NCBI GenBank assembly: GCA_001938485.1
Contig: MQRK01225673.1
Coordinates: 5,905-69,904, forward strand
DNA length: 64,000 nucleotides
Reading direction: 5' to 3'
Source: Girardia tigrina
Lineage: Eukaryota
Of this stretch, positions 38,246-52,810 are shown in pieces. The position numbers and the translations under genes were made by a program. The notes below the pieces were generated by a model, which searched no databases, was not told the DNA's origin, and saw only the letters and a list, made by a program, of their open reading frames with translations. Numbering within the stretch: the first letter of the stretch is position 1; each line of letters starts with the position of its first letter.

Positions 38246-41099
38246 TATCGGTCACAAAATCAATAAAAATATATTCACATCCATTTCATGACAATAAGAC
38301 AACCGAATAATTTTTATCTCAACAAAATGATCGAACACTTATTTTTGATAATTAATAACTTGATGTATTGTTCTCTCCTTTCTTTATTTAAGTTAATTTC
38401 TTTTCTTAATTATTTAATTTTATGTTACTTTTAATTATTTAATTTAATTATTTTTATTAATTATATATTTTATATAATTTATTTATGTATTTTTCCTAAA
38501 CTGGCAAAATGTTCGGTCAAAATAACAAATTTTCCGCTCCAATGTGAAATAAAAATTTCTCGTCAATGACTAAGTTTTATTATCATGTGAGTGATGTGTC
38601 AATCACTTTTTACACAACTCAAGGGTGGGGTAATTTATATAAAATAGTCTTAAATATTCAAATGATTACCACAGCCTTGAAATAAAACATGATAAAAGTA
38701 TATCCGAATCAATTCAAAATAAATAAGTATTCAAGTTTTAAATAATTTCCCTAAGAAATTGATCTGCAGATTGTATTACATGATGGATAGTCTTTCTTGA
38801 GCAGCATAGGCTTCGAAAATATTAGGTTCCTTTTGAAGCGGGATACAGTTTGATAAATTGAAGAATTCTTTGTTGAATTATTGTTTGTAACTAATGTTAG
38901 CAAGAATTAATTTTTAAAATACTTCATTAAAATTTGTATTGATTTTCATTCAATTGTTATTTTTTAGTGATTCTTGAATAAAAACAATAAAACATACATG
39001 AAAAATTCCCTTTTGTGAATAAATATATTATGAAAGAGAAACATATAAATAAAAGTAATTCTCTACAATAAATATTTTTAATTAATTCATTTTTTCTTAT
39101 AATAGATCAAATAATTACGAACATTTTCTTCGATTTTTTTCTTAATAATTTTCGATTTACTGTTAATTATGATTATTAAATTTGAAATTTGACTTTAATT
39201 ATATTCGCTTAAATAAATTAATTTAATTTAAATAATTATAATTAATTAAATAATTTGTAATTTAAATAATTTAATTTAATTCGCTTTTATAATTTATAAA
39301 ATAAAGCAAATTAATAAACTTCTTATGTAGATTTAAAGAAGAATTTCCGGAAGTTTTACTGATTTTTTTTCAAATTTAATAAGGAATTTTCTATTACAAA
39401 AATGTATTATGTGAAATGTTTGAGTAAAAATTATGTTTGTAATTTAAATAATCTTAATAAAGTTAAATGTTTAATTTTAAAATTATTTTTTGTTAAATTA
39501 TTTATTTACTAGTTCGTGTATTTTGTTTTTTTCTAATTTTTTTCTAAAAAATATGTTTTAAAATATGTAGTTACTTTTTTTAATCAAATACTTCATGTTC
39601 CTTTATTAAAAATTCTGAAAAAAAAATACTTGTGTTACATTTAGTGTATTGCAAACTTAAAATTACTTATTTTATTACACACAGATTATATTAATTTATA
39701 GAATTTCCTTATAAAATATGTTTTTGGTGAAAACATATAAACTTTTGGCGAGTTACCTTTTTGAATTCGTGTTGAATACGAATTTTAACGTTTAACCAAA
39801 TATTTGATCCGAAAAGATCGACATAGAGCTATGTATTGTTAACTAATGTTGTGTTCTATTTGCTTGTTTGTATACATATTGTCCCTCAAGCACCCTCTAC
39901 GAATATTTAAACCATGATTTCCAATTTCAAAATTGGATATCCTGAGGACTTTTGGGACAGCCTAAGTATATTTTACTTTTTAGATATTTAATTTTTACAA
40001 GCTTTCTAAAATTTTAAGTAACCAAAACCATTCAAATGTTAAATTTGAAAAGTTTAGATAGATTAACTAATTTATATAAAATAAGGTGATCTCAGATTAC
40101 CATTTTTCATTTTAAATAAATGGTAATTTAAAGCTGTTTAATACTTTAAACAAGCTTAACACCAGTTATTTATTTTCATGAAATATTTTAATTATTATTT
40201 ATTAAATAATTCTAATTTTATTTTGTTTTTATAAATTTTTAATGAACATGATCAAAGTTTATTTATATGAAATATAATAAATTTTAAAGCCTTTTTAAAT
40301 ATTTCAACAATTTGATAACAAATTTAAAAAATCATATGTTATTAAAACATTATTATTACATTTTTAATTAAAATTATTTGCATTAATTAAAATCCTATTT
40401 ATATTACATTAATTTTGATGAAACATTTTTGTAATGAAAAACATAAATTAATTTATTATAATTGTAATTCTTATATTTATTTTCAATATAAATCATAATG
40501 CAAAATTATTTAATTAAAATCTAATTAAAACAATCATTTTGAAATTAAATTTCAATATAAATTAAAATTAAAATATATTCCTTTTAAATCAAATCAAAAT
40601 ATTAATTTATTCTTATTTAATTAAAATCATATTGGAAAAGAAAATTATTTTTTCTTAATAAAATTTATAATAAATAAAAAACACAATTAATTATTTTAAG
40701 GTTGTCAAATATGAAATTTGTAGGTATGATTACAATAGATTCAAATAGTTATAATTTGGCAATGGTTTAATATTTGGTTTATCAGTGTTTTTGTTTGATT
40801 GTTACACATCTTGGCTATTGAATACATCAATAAAAAATAATTTAAATTAATTAAAGAAATTTAAATTTTTTTTAATTTAAATTAGTTAAAAAATAATTAA
40901 AACTGATTTTAACTCTAATCGTCTTCTCACTATTTGACTCTGAATCACATTTGAAATTTAAACTTAATTTTTTAATTATTTTATATTGTATTTCCAAATT
41001 TATTTTTGTGAAATTCACTTTAATAACGTTATTTAAGTATTTTTGGATTTGGAGTAAATTATGAAATCGAAAATAACCTTTTTAAAAATATTACACATT

Positions 41100-41390
41100 A
41101 CGGTTGTGACATCATCAATTGTGAAAGTCTAGGTGAATTGTGATTCTAAGGTGGCAAGCTAGAACGGTAGATGTATTGTGCCATGCGTTGGAAAACTGAT
41201 CCGTTGGCGGCTGTGAGACAACTGTTTCGTGGTTGGAACTCTCTGGGTAAAACGGATATGGCTGAGCCGGTGTCGGACAAAAACGACGCCGTATGGGTAG
41301 AATGATCGTTGATGGTGACGTGAAGATGCTACAGCAATTGTTTAATCCTTCTGAGTCGGCTGCAAAGACTGAAGGCGAACTTAGTTTTTT
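41100..41390 (-). pseudogene. Gypsy aspartic protease fragment (different family)
   Basis: FLSDTGSAISVLPREFQPRNSCLTAANGS on the minus strand. Confidence 0.8.
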
Positions 41391-41459
41391 GACGGAGTGA
41401 AAGATATAATATTTTGTTTACACAATTTTAATTTGAAAATTGTGTTCACTACACCAACA

Positions 41460-42470
41460 TTTTTATGTTACATACAATAAAAACAATAACAGCCCAGTTC
41501 CAGACATGGATCAATTATCTCAGCAGTTTGAATATAGAGATGGTATATAGAAAAGGTGAATTACATGGAAATGCAGATACTCTGTCTCAAAGCAAATGTG
41601 ACACATGTACCCAGTGTCAAATGCAACATGAAGACGCAAAATCAGACAGACTTAAAACTAGATTATTAGCGGTTGCGACAAGAAGCCAGGCAAAAGAAGC
41701 TCACATAGTATGGATAGTATCCATTCAAATGGATGGTATCCATTGGATAGCCAAAGAGAAAAAAAGTGAATTAATCACACAGACACACATGTTGTTATGT
41801 CATGCAGGCGCGGAAAAAAGTAATTTAAAGGAAAAATTTGATATGGAAGAGGAACGCGAATCAGTGAAAGAAATAGTAGGAACTTGTAGAAAATGTCAAC
41901 AAACAAAAACAGAAACGTCAAAGACTAAAGAAAAGACAACCAAGATAATATCACCTGAACCGTTTGAGAAAGTATATATCGATATATGTGGCCCATGGAG
42001 AGAGACAATAAGAAAAGAAATATATATATATATATATATATAATGGTCATGATTGATCATTTCAGCAAATATATAATTTTAACAGCGATCAAACGACAAG
42101 ATGAACAGGCGATTATGCAAACTATTTTGAAAAAATAGATAATAAAATTTTGTTCTCCTAAGGAAATACATGTTGATTGTGGGAAAAGTTTTGAATCACA
42201 TAAAATACAAGAATTAATGATAAAACAAGGTACTCAGTTAGTGTTCGTACCACCATAATACCAACGGTATGATAAAAAGGCAATTCCGAACGATACGAAA
42301 GTATATTCAAGCAAGTTTAAAATAAAAAGAGACGAGTTGGGCAGATATGCTCCCTGAGATAGAAGTCACATTAAATGCAACACACCAAAAACTTGATGAA
42401 AAAGAGATAATAAATAAAGATGATGACAGATATGAGATACCATACACCATCAAGGAAAAAATTATGTCGA
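41460..42470 (+). pseudogene. pol: Gypsy RNase H-integrase fragment, same family as the 56814 element
   Basis: Close match to 60373-61500 (ITAQFQTWINYLSSL, LLCHAGAEK, YIDICGPW) with deletions. Confidence 0.92.
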
Positions 42471-42501
42471 TAGTATGGGTGCATACTTTGATGAATGACA
42501 T

Positions 42502-42887
42502 TGTGAGGAATATTTTTCAATGGTGCTTATCATATGTTGTTTGATATGTTGTTTTAGGAATGTGTTTCTCCCACCCAGATGAAAGATTGATATTTTAAAT
42601 ATTTTAAAACGTCGAATTATTTAATAAATTTTAAAATTTAAATAACTAACTTTAAAATTAAATATATCTATCATAAATAATATATTTAAAATATTTTTTT
42701 AAATAATTAAAATTATTTTGTAATTTGAATTATAAATTATTTTGAAATTGAATTGTAAATAAATAGAATAAAATTTATCAATAATGAACGATGAATAGCT
42801 ACGAAAGTTTTGTGGAGAATTGTGCTAGTGGCAATTCAAATTTTCATATCAATAAATGTATTGAAAATTCAATTAGTGTTCTTAATA
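42502..42887 (+). mobile_element. Solo LTR, TGTGAGGAATA family (386 bp)
   Basis: TGTGAGGAATA...GTTCTTAATA; flanks GACAT/GATAT; CTCCCACCCAGATG core. Confidence 0.85.
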
Positions 42888-43714
42888 GATATAAATATTT
42901 GCTTCAGTTAATTATCAATAAACTTTGACTCTAGGTCCAAATATTTCATACTTGATGACCTAATGATTAAAAATAATTTCTTTAACAAAACTTTTTTAAT
43001 AATTTTTATTTTATTTGAATTTGTTTTCCTTTGTTTAGCTTTTTTGATTTACTTTTCTTTAATTCCTTAGAGAATTAAGCTACGAAAATCCAACCAAAAG
43101 AACGCGTGCCGAATGAAACCTCAGCACATCTTTTGTAATGAATTTTATTGAAAAGAAGAACAACTAATGAAAAAGAATACTTAAACTTATGATTACAACA
43201 AACAATTTGTTAATTCGTATATGTAAAATGAAATATGATCAACCAGACATAATCCAAATGAAAATTAATAATCTTTAATAAGTAACATTTTAATTTTTAA
43301 GCAAAATATTTCCCTATTTATCAAACGTAAAACACAAAACATTTAGAAATGAATTTATATAAATGATAGTGTATTCCTTAACCTTCATTTTAAATTGCGT
43401 ACTATCGTGTTAATGCATTTAATGTGGCTCTAGTTTTATGCATACGTAAAAAGCAATCTCTATCCCTCCATGGTTGTCCAACGAATAATAAAGCTATCAA
43501 ACTTCGTGAGGAGGTTGGTCAAACGGGTTCAATATTTTTTCACGCTTTTACTTTCTAAAATTTAAATACAAGTTATAATCCTTCTTTCCTCAAACACATT
43601 GAATGATAAATTTATGAAAATCATTAGATAAAACAAACATTCATAATACATGTAGTTTGTTATGTCACTTTACTTTGATTCTGTTGTGATAAAATCCGTA
43701 AGATTATTTTTTAT

Positions 43715-43925
43715 GTATTGCGTTCATCAGATGTGTTGAAAGTAGAAGGAAAAAGACAAAGAGGAATACAAAAGAGACAATCGTCAGATGAGTTAAAAGA
43801 ATAGAGTAGATTGAACATGGAAAAGCTGAGAAGAGGCCACAAATAGAGAAATGGGACGAAGACTTGTGCATAATTGAGTGCACCAACGGCCCAACGGCTA
43901 AGGTACAAGAAAGAAAAAGAATAAT
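43715..43925 (+). mobile_element. RTE-like LINE 3' end fragment
   Basis: KVEGKRQRGIQKRQSSDELKE resembles GxRxRGRPxxxWxDxI; tail CCAACGGCCCAACGGCTAAGG followed by an A/G-rich run. Confidence 0.6.
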
Positions 43926-44624
43926 TACATTAATCAATGAAAGAAATTTTATGAGACAAAAGCGACTAATTGACATTGCGTAGATCCGAATATTGTTTAA
44001 CTCCAAATATTTTAAAATTTTGGCAAGCCCAAAGTAAATGTTGTTGTGAAAGAAAACAATTGAGATATGAATGATTACTTTAAAATTGAAGAATAGAAGT
44101 CCTTTTTGTTTTTTTGTTTGTGGTTTTGACCATAGATATCTGAACTTAATTAGTTTCAAATTCAACTCAAAATTTCATTATCCAATTAATTACATTTTCG
44201 TTTCCTAGTTTTCTTTTTTATTTGTTGAGGGAATCATTGAAAGATGATTGAAAATAAATCGTAACAAAAATTATCGAGAACTTTGGTGGCGATAGTCGCG
44301 GTCATCCAACACTCGCGAATTACAAAGATTACAAAGAAAATTCTTAGTATTATTGGCTCAAAACTTATTCCCGGTTAGAAAGTTAGTTTTTTTCTAATTT
44401 TAAATGTTTTATTATAGCGTCTTAAAAATATAATTAGATAATAAAAAAATTTTGTTTTCTTTAATATTTGAATACATTCAAAAAAGACATTAGATAATTT
44501 TTATAATTCACCGAAAACACTTTTTAAACATAAAATACAGTAATTTTTTTGTATCTGTTTTGAAGTATATTGTATTAATCATCCGTACCTTTTCTTCGAC
44601 CATAGCCTTGCACGGATATATTAA

Positions 44625-46223
44625 CCGTTATTGGCCCAGACACTGTTCCAATTGCCCGAATGTGATGTAACTTCGCATACTTGTTGTTTTTTCCCCAGGA
44701 TGATATAATAAAAAAGAGAATCAAATGGAATATTTCTATTGATATTAAAAACATATGTTTCCATATAGGAACACTGAGATTTAAGCAACAAAAAGTATAC
44801 TAATTTGATAACATCAATAAATAAACACAGAGCATCACGGCTTTTGATTTTCAGAAAATGGTTCCTTGTCACACATTTTTTGACAATCTCGACACCCAAA
44901 TCCGGGTAATTTGACCAGTACTGCCTTTCCTTATGCAAACTGTGGTAACCAGAAAAGATAATTATTACCAGGAATTTCAGCAATTCTTCTTCGTTGATGT
45001 TAAATTCTGGAGTTGCCTTGTCCCACCAACCATAAAGCAGCGTTTGCTTCAATATCAAGTCGATGATTTTTTTCATTAAATATTTCCAACCATATTTCAT
45101 ACTCTGATAAAGAGGCCAAGGCAGGAAATGATTCTTGCAACGTAAGGGATGGGTTCACTGGCAGACCATTGGTGGGAAAGTGTGGCATGCTTTCGCCATC
45201 GATGAGGTGTATCACTACATTCCTCTTCATCCGACGAGGACATTTCTAACTCAAATTCTCCAGTGACCTATGCTATGAAGTCATCCACAGGATCATCAAA
45301 GTCGAAATCATATTTTCAGTTGTCGCTTCACAATTACCAATCTTGGAGGTAACAAAATCACATTTCTTGTCCGGTCATTGACGTTACTTACAGCTTCTGC
45401 CATCGACATAAAGTGCTCAGTCTTTCTTAGATTGATGCGCAGACGAGAACGAATTGAGTTATCTAGATTACAGTCACCAGAATTTGTGTTGTTATTTACA
45501 GGCGGGGTGCCACGGTCAATCGATGCACGTCTTCCTCTACCCAATCCCATTCGATTGTATTGTTTAATATTTTCCTCACTGGTTTCTCTCAGGAACATTT
45601 GAATGACTACTTGATACTGAAAAATGTATGTTACAAAACCATGTAGCTGCAAGATAGCTTTCTTACCTTGCCTTTCAGAAAATAATTATTGATATGATTG
45701 CCCTGTGACTATATTACCAATTTATTATACTTATCGGAATAAGTGTCGTCATCTGCTACTATGCTTATATAGTCAGGTTATAATCAATAGAATTCATCTT
45801 AAACAAGTTTAAACAAATAAAAAAATATTAATATCTAGTTTAATAAGAAGCATAACCTAAAAAAAAGATAAAATGTGTTGTTGTAATCCCAGTGTTCCTA
45901 TATGAGAACATCTAATTTTCAATTAGTCCTGCAGTAATGGGCTGCATGACGTTATGAATAACCTAACTAATGATTGTGTCTTTAGGTCTGGTCAATCAAA
46001 TATGCTGCTTGAATTTTTATTACACTTGTTTAAAAGCATAATTTATTATAAAAACATGAAAATTCTCGTACTTAGGCTCCATTTATGAGAAATATTATAA
46101 CTAATTTATTAAATGCTTATTTTTTTCCTAAATTTCCTGGTAAACAATTAAATTCTAATTACATTGATTTTTAAAAACTAAATAAAAACTTGTTCCCATA
46201 TGGGAACACTGGGACAATAAAGG
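44625..46223 (-). mobile_element. piggyBac-like internal-deletion derivative (1.6 kb)
   Basis: TTAA TSDs; TIR CCGTTATTGGCCCAG vs CCTTTATTGTCCCAG; transposase remnant EELLKFLVIIIFSGYHSLHKERQYWSNYPDLGVEIVKKCVTRNHFLKIK; DDD core missing. Confidence 0.9.
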
Positions 46224-49200
46224 TTAATAATTCTAATAAAATACTTCAATTCAAGGATAAATTAAAATTTTTTCACTTTTTCTATCAATCCAATACATCA
46301 TGATGGATTCAATATTTCCTTGTTGACAGACAAAACCGCCATTCGGTATAACTGCATCAATTCCAGAACAGTCTGTTTCTCTTTATATTTAGTTAACCTT
46401 ATTATATTTATGATAACCTTATTGATGTTTATTTCATATATGACGTAAACTAAAAATAAAATGAAACACTTTCCGATATATTCTTTCAGTGAAACGAAAC
46501 GTGCTTTTTACCATGATTATACATGTGTGATTATGTATGTGTGACTAAAATCTGTTGAAAGATTATTCATTAAATCCCCATGGTCTGATTGATCAGAAAG
46601 TTTTACATTGTGTATTCTTAATGAAAATACATGAGTACTATCTGAATGATTAATTGGTCATTTTTGAAAATAAAAACAAATTTGCGATTGCCACAAATAT
46701 ATTTCTGTAAAGAACGGAAACTGTATAATAAAATTTATTGTATAAAATATTGATCGGGGTTTGCTTACCAATTAAACTTGGAAATCTTCCCCTTTTATAT
46801 TAAGGCAATATTATATAATATGTCCGGGGTCAGTTGATGCAATTGAAATTGACCTTGCAATTGCACATTCCGGTGACGTCATGACATATGAAATCACCGG
46901 AATTTGAACTCTAGTGATGTCATGAGATTTGACATTATTTGAGTTCAATATTACTGAATGTGGTGAGGAATGACATCACCACAATTTCCTATTTATAAAC
47001 TGAATAAAAGAAAAATAACTTTTAATTTGTATTTTTTATATTTATCATAACTTTATGAATTTTCGGTATTTATTCATATTTAATACTTTTTGTATTTTTA
47101 TTTATAATTTATTAAATTCTATCTTTGTTATAAGGAATTTTCTAAAACAATTTATTGATTTTTCTGATTCACAGATACAAACATTTTTATGATTTTTTCG
47201 TCTAAAAAAATATTTTGTTAGTTTTAGGTGCTGAAAAGGTGCTCCAAAGATCAGGCTATCTAAACCAACAATTGACACAAAATTATTCTGTCCGATAAGA
47301 CATTATACTACTGATACTTCGATTAAATTGTTGGAAATTGAGAATGTGTAAATTGATTTTGGACAGATTTTTATTCGCACAAAGTATGATTTTTTTTAAA
47401 GAAGAATGCTTTCGATTAACTATTTTTAATTTAATTTAGTACAAAGAAATATTTTACAGAGGTATAATAATTGTACAGTTATAAAAATAATGTGAAAACT
47501 TAATTTTTGCAATAATATAAAATGAAAATACACATTGATTAATAAAAATAATGTTTTTATACAAGCTGTTTGCTGTAAGATTAATTAAAGAAAAAAGATA
47601 AACTTAAAAAAATCTAATTATTAACTTTATCCTACTTCAAAACCATAATGTTATTTTCTTATTCTAATTGATTTCGATACAGTTTACGAATAATTTACTG
47701 GAAATATGAGTTAATAATGATATTGAACCAAAAAAAATATGAAATTGAATTCTTTGATTCTGTTGATTAGTTTGTAGTCACTACTCTAGTTCATACATGG
47801 TTCCGGATGTTGTTTTGTCAAAAGTAACACTTTTGGTAATGCAGCTATGATGTTAAATTATCTATTTTTTCTTTATTATCATAACACTTTAGATGCCTTA
47901 TCTGACTACTTCTTGATTCAAACTTTACTCTAAGAAAAAGAATAAAAAACGAAAGATATAAAGTGTAATTCTTATCTTATCTATATTGTTGGGTTCTTGA
48001 TCAAAATTATAACTCATTAACACCACATTTTATTTCTCTCACAAATAACAATTATTCAAACAATTTTTTGTCGAGGAACTTTTCGTTGTTTTCTTTATGA
48101 CCCGATTTTTATATAAAAATATGGAATTATAAATACTGATAAGCTATTTTAAAATTGAAATTTTTTATTCTCTTTACTTTGAAAATTTACATTCCATTAT
48201 TTTGCCATTTAATTTAATTTAAAACCAACATAATTTATTGTAGTCATATTTTTACTAAATTAACAAAATGATTTTTTATTATTTTAAAATTAGCTTAATG
48301 TTATTTTCTTTTATTTATGAAAACGTTTTTTTTTAATTAATTAATTAAAGTTCTCTTCTTATTAAAGTCACTGACTCATGCTTCGCAAATAAAATAACAA
48401 TTTTTACTCGCTGATTTACATCCATTTTGATTCTTACGATTAAAACAATAAAAAAAATTAATACATTTAAAAAATGTATTTTTAATTAAATTTTAGAGAA
48501 TAAGCTTCAAGATGCCTTTATAATTAAAAAGAAATACAATATAATTCAAAAATTATTGCAGTTTAAAACCCGGTAGTTACTTTATGATCACCCTGTAGAT
48601 TAGAATGCCACCAGTCATTTCACGACCGTTTAGTAGAAGCGTTCGCAAAATGGGACAGGCAAGAATTTAATTATACGATTTTAGCATAATAAAATAAATA
48701 ATAAATTTTGTATAAATTAAAAAAAATATAATACTGGTCAGGAAATTCTATTACAATATAAACTAAGGATCGTCTCTTAAGGTAAATTATAAAACAAAAT
48801 TTTGATACAAAACTTTTATTCTTTATAAATTGAAGAATATCCCAAAGATTAATCACAAATAATTGTTCTTAAATGTCAATATCTTTCTGTTGACATCAAT
48901 AACTATGAATTGCGAAATAGAACCCTTTAAATGATAATAAATAAATAAAATATTTTTTTTAATTTTTTAAGAGAGATTGTCATTTTTATGAAGTTCATGT
49001 TGGAATACTTGTTCAAAGTTTTATAGCCATATTTGCCCCGTAAAATTATAAACAAGGAAATGTTAATGTAAGCTTACAAATCAACATCAATTAGAAGCGG
49101 CGAGACATCAAAAAGAAATATCCCCATCAAATTAAGAAAAAAAGAAAAATTTAACGTAATAAAAAGTTTCCCTGAAAAACGGTGTACAAGTGAAACTGTC

Positions 49201-49989
49201 ATTAGTAATTTTATATTTGTAAAACAATTTCTGGAAAAATATTAATATTTAAAGTAATTAATTTTTAAAAGTGTTTCAATTAACTGAAAAAAATTAAAAT
49301 TTACTGAAAAAATTTACAAAGAAATGTTTACTACAGTTTTTTTACACCAGGAAAAACATTATAAAAATTATTGTACTTGAAAACCTATAAATAAAAATGT
49401 ATTAATTTCGATGGTTGATTATTTGAATTTTAAAACAATGTAAAAATATATAAAATTTACTTTTTTTAAATAAAAAAAACAATCATTATTTTTCTTGTAA
49501 GAAGAAAAATTTTAATTAAATCTCTCAGTAAAAATTAAGTATTTTATAATCTTATTATTAAACCTTTCGACCATAGATGCGTAAAATCATATAATTAAAT
49601 GAAAATAATAATCAATAAAATATAAAATATTACCAAATCTAAATGTTAAAAAAATTTCCAGTCTCAATAGATCAAAAAATATTTTCATTTATCAGGAAAT
49701 GGTTTACTCGAGGAAACATAATATAAATTAAAGATTAATCAAATATGTAAGAGATATAAGAAAACAAAGGAATAAAATCTAAAATTGTACATAAATTATT
49801 ATGTTTTGAAATGCAAATAAATGCATGAATTATTTTTGATTTACATTATGTCTTCCTTATCTCTAGGAATTCATGGAGATTTATTTTTATTTAATACATT
49901 CATGAGCATATAATTGTATCCAATAGTCAAAATATTATTCCAGCTCAAAAATAAAACTATGGAAATTTATCTCTATAAAAGCTGTACAA

Positions 49990-50165
49990 TATTTAACTGA
50001 ATTGTGAATTAAATATATTAAATTAAATTTTTGGATGAGCAGTATTAAAAAATTGATTGATGAATAGATTGAATATGAGCGAAACAGCTATTACGGATTG
50101 TCATTAAGATGATCCTAATTTTGATTGCGAAAAACGTTGTCGCAAACGTGTGAGTTCTCTCAACT
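49990..50165 (+). mobile_element. 3' fragment of a TGTGAGGAATA-family LTR
   Basis: Ends CAAACGTGTGAGTTCTCTCAAC, matching the end of 25392-25857. Confidence 0.55.
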
Positions 50166-50189
50166 AATCTGGACATCGGTAACCAAGAG

Positions 50190-50325
50190 CGACTGATAGA
50201 CATTGCATATGACACATTATAGAAATAAAAATTAAAGGAGACAACATCGAAAACATTTGGCTTGAAATGAGGGAAGAATGTGATATTTTGTCCAAAAAGC
50301 TATTGATATCTTGTTACCCTTCCTT
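50190..50325 (+). pseudogene. hAT C-terminal dimerisation-domain fragment
   Basis: WLEMREECDILSK.AIDILLPF across a frameshift. Confidence 0.55.
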
Positions 50326-50399
50326 TGTTTGTCATTTTCAAAGTAAACATTGACAAATTTCGCTCGCATTTGAATATAAAGTCAAAAATTCAGCTCACC

Positions 50400-50700
50400 C
50401 GTAATGTATGACGGGTCTTTTTCTATTTCTTTAGGATTAGTATAACTTGTTTAGCCTGAATTAATGTTCTCTCTCTGAGACAGCCTCATATCGGAAATCT
50501 CTGGCGGTATAAGCGATGATCAAACACTTTTACTGAAAATTGATTCGATGGGGTTTAGTAATGGAGAATATTGAGCCAAGTGAACCACTCCCATATATTT
50601 CGGATTGACAATGCCGGTGTGAGTAGTGGCGTTGTCATGCATCAGTTAATGTTTGGTGAGAGAAAGAAATTCTTTATGTTTATCTCGATTCACACTACCG
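50400..50700 (-). pseudogene. Tc1/IS630-like DDE transposase fragment
   Basis: MHDNATTH...HLAQYSPLLNPIESIFSK. Confidence 0.75.
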
Positions 50701-51029
50701 ATTTTAAAAAGTACTGATTCACTAGTAGAGATGACGTGATGAGGGAAATATTTTTTTATTTACATATTTCAACAATAATTTATCTTATTTTTACAAATGG
50801 CCATTTTGAAATGTTAAGTGCTATTAATCAATTTAAAATATGATATTTATTAGCTGTGGTTTTTAATTTATCAATATTGTTTGGGATTCCAATATTATTG
50901 TTATTTATATATTATCGTTATCATTATGTGTATTGAATCCCGTACCTCTGCTAATCGCCATCTCGAATCAATCGGAAGACATGAATCCGTTTTGAATGAC
51001 AATTGTTGATAATTTTGATTGCCTTTTAC

Positions 51030-51061
<32 letters not shown>

Positions 51062-51563
51062 NNNNNNNNNNNNNNNNNNNNNNNNNNNNNNNNNNNNNNN
51101 NNNNNNNNNNNNNNNNNNNNNNNNTTCATTTTTTATTATTAATATTAACAAGAAAAATTTTAAACATGTAAATATACTTATATATTAAAATCACATATTG
51201 TTATTTATAACTTAATTTCGTTTCCAAATTTGGTCAAACTATTTGTCGGAAATCTACCCCCATCAGCATCTCCAATCGGAGTTTTAAAGAATTTTATTGA
51301 AAATATTTGTTAAATTTAATTAATTTTATTATGTAAAAAATTGTTTTATCTTACTTTATTTTGGCAACTGTTTTGAAAGATAAATACATTATTTCTTGAT
51401 TTTTCAAATTAGGCAAAATACTTATATATTTTCGTTGCGAAAGAAAAGGACTAAAATTTTTCGACCGATTATAATTATCAGAACACAAAACTTGGCGATA
51501 CATAATTGTAAGTATTTCAAAAATTTAGTTTTTTAATTAATTTATAAATTTTACTTATTTAAA

Positions 51564-52810
51564 TTGAAGATTGATTCTAAAAAGAAGTCATACGAAAAGA
51601 AACGAAAAGTGGATGACGAAGTGCGTATTTTTAATGATGAGTGGGGCATAAAATACTTTTTCGTGCAATCAGAAACAGGAGAAAAAGCTATTTGTGTAAT
51701 ATGCACAGAAACAATAGCTGTTTGGAAAGAATATATTATACATCGTCACTATGACGCAAAACATGCTGAAATCTTTTCCCGATTTAAAGAAAAAGAGCGG
51801 CTAAATAAATTTGAATCATTATCTCAAGCTTTAGAATACCAACAGAATTTTTTTATGAAACAGAAAAAGGGTAATGAAAACTATAACTTAGCAAGTTAAA
51901 AATTGCGTATGTGCTGGCTAAAAGAGGAAAACCGTTCACTGATGGCAATATGATTAAAGATTGTATCATGGAAGCAGTGACTGAGTTATGTCCAGAAAAA
52001 ATTAATGTGTTTAAAATGGTAAGTCTTGTACCAAATAAATTGGTTGACGTGTTTAACATATCGGAAACAACATTTTTAAACAAACAATTAATAAAGCACA
52101 TAGTTTCAATTGGTACTCTTTGACTTTGGAACAATCAACTGATATTTCTAATACCACACAGCTTGTGGTATGTTTTCGTGGCGTTGACAATAATCTTAAC
52201 ATTACGCAGGAATTAGCTTCACTTCGTAGCATGCATAGCACTACAACGGGAGAGGACATTTTCAAGGAAGTTAAAAAAACATTAAATGATTATAAGTTAG
52301 ATTGGAGTCGATTACAATGCGTTACAATTGATGGCGCAAGAAACATGAATGGTATACAAAAAGGTTTGGTTATACAAATCTTAAAAGCGTGTGAAATAAT
52401 TCGAAAATCAAAACCTATGTTTTTTCACAGTATGATCCACCAACAATCACTTTGTGCAAAATATATTGATATGAGCTGCGTATTAAAGCCCGTCATTTCA
52501 ATGTTAAACTTTATTCGTGCTCATGCACTTAATAATCGCCAATTTCAAACTTTCCTTGAAGAATGTGATTCAGAATATATAGATTTGACATACTACACCG
52601 CTGTTCGTTGGCTTAGTTGTGGAAAAGTTCTTTTCCGTTTCTTTCAATTATTAATTACAATTATAATTTTATATGTTCATATTATTAATAAACTTATCAT
52701 CTATCTGTGTATTCACTGATTATGCGTTTTTAATATCATAATTTATATATGTGGCCCGTAGGACTATCTTCCAATGCACTATCCGGCCCGCGTTGTCAAA
52801 AGTTTGGAAA
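51564..52810 (+). pseudogene. hAT (Buster/SPIN/GTF2IRD2-like) transposase remnant
   Basis: KRKVDDEVRIFNDEW, CVIC...RHY..KH BED-like finger, KPFTDG, QSTDIS..QL, VTIDGARNM, IHQQSLC, VRWLSCGKVL; hAT-type subterminal GGCCCG motifs at 52750-52810. Confidence 0.9.

Noticed and set aside
38775-38900. Candidate terminal exon on minus strand (QKEPNIFEAYAAQERLSIM*)
   Set aside because: Short, with no recognisable homology and no partner exons.
12376-42887. Recurring TGTGAGGAATA/CCCACCCAGATG motif as a CRISPR-like or ncRNA array
   Set aside because: Irregular kb-scale spacing, TG...CA ends, TSDs and a PPT show these are LTRs.
46821-46983. TG...CA segment with TGACGTCA/TGATGTCA motifs
   Set aside because: No TSD or second copy; short motifs alone are insufficient.
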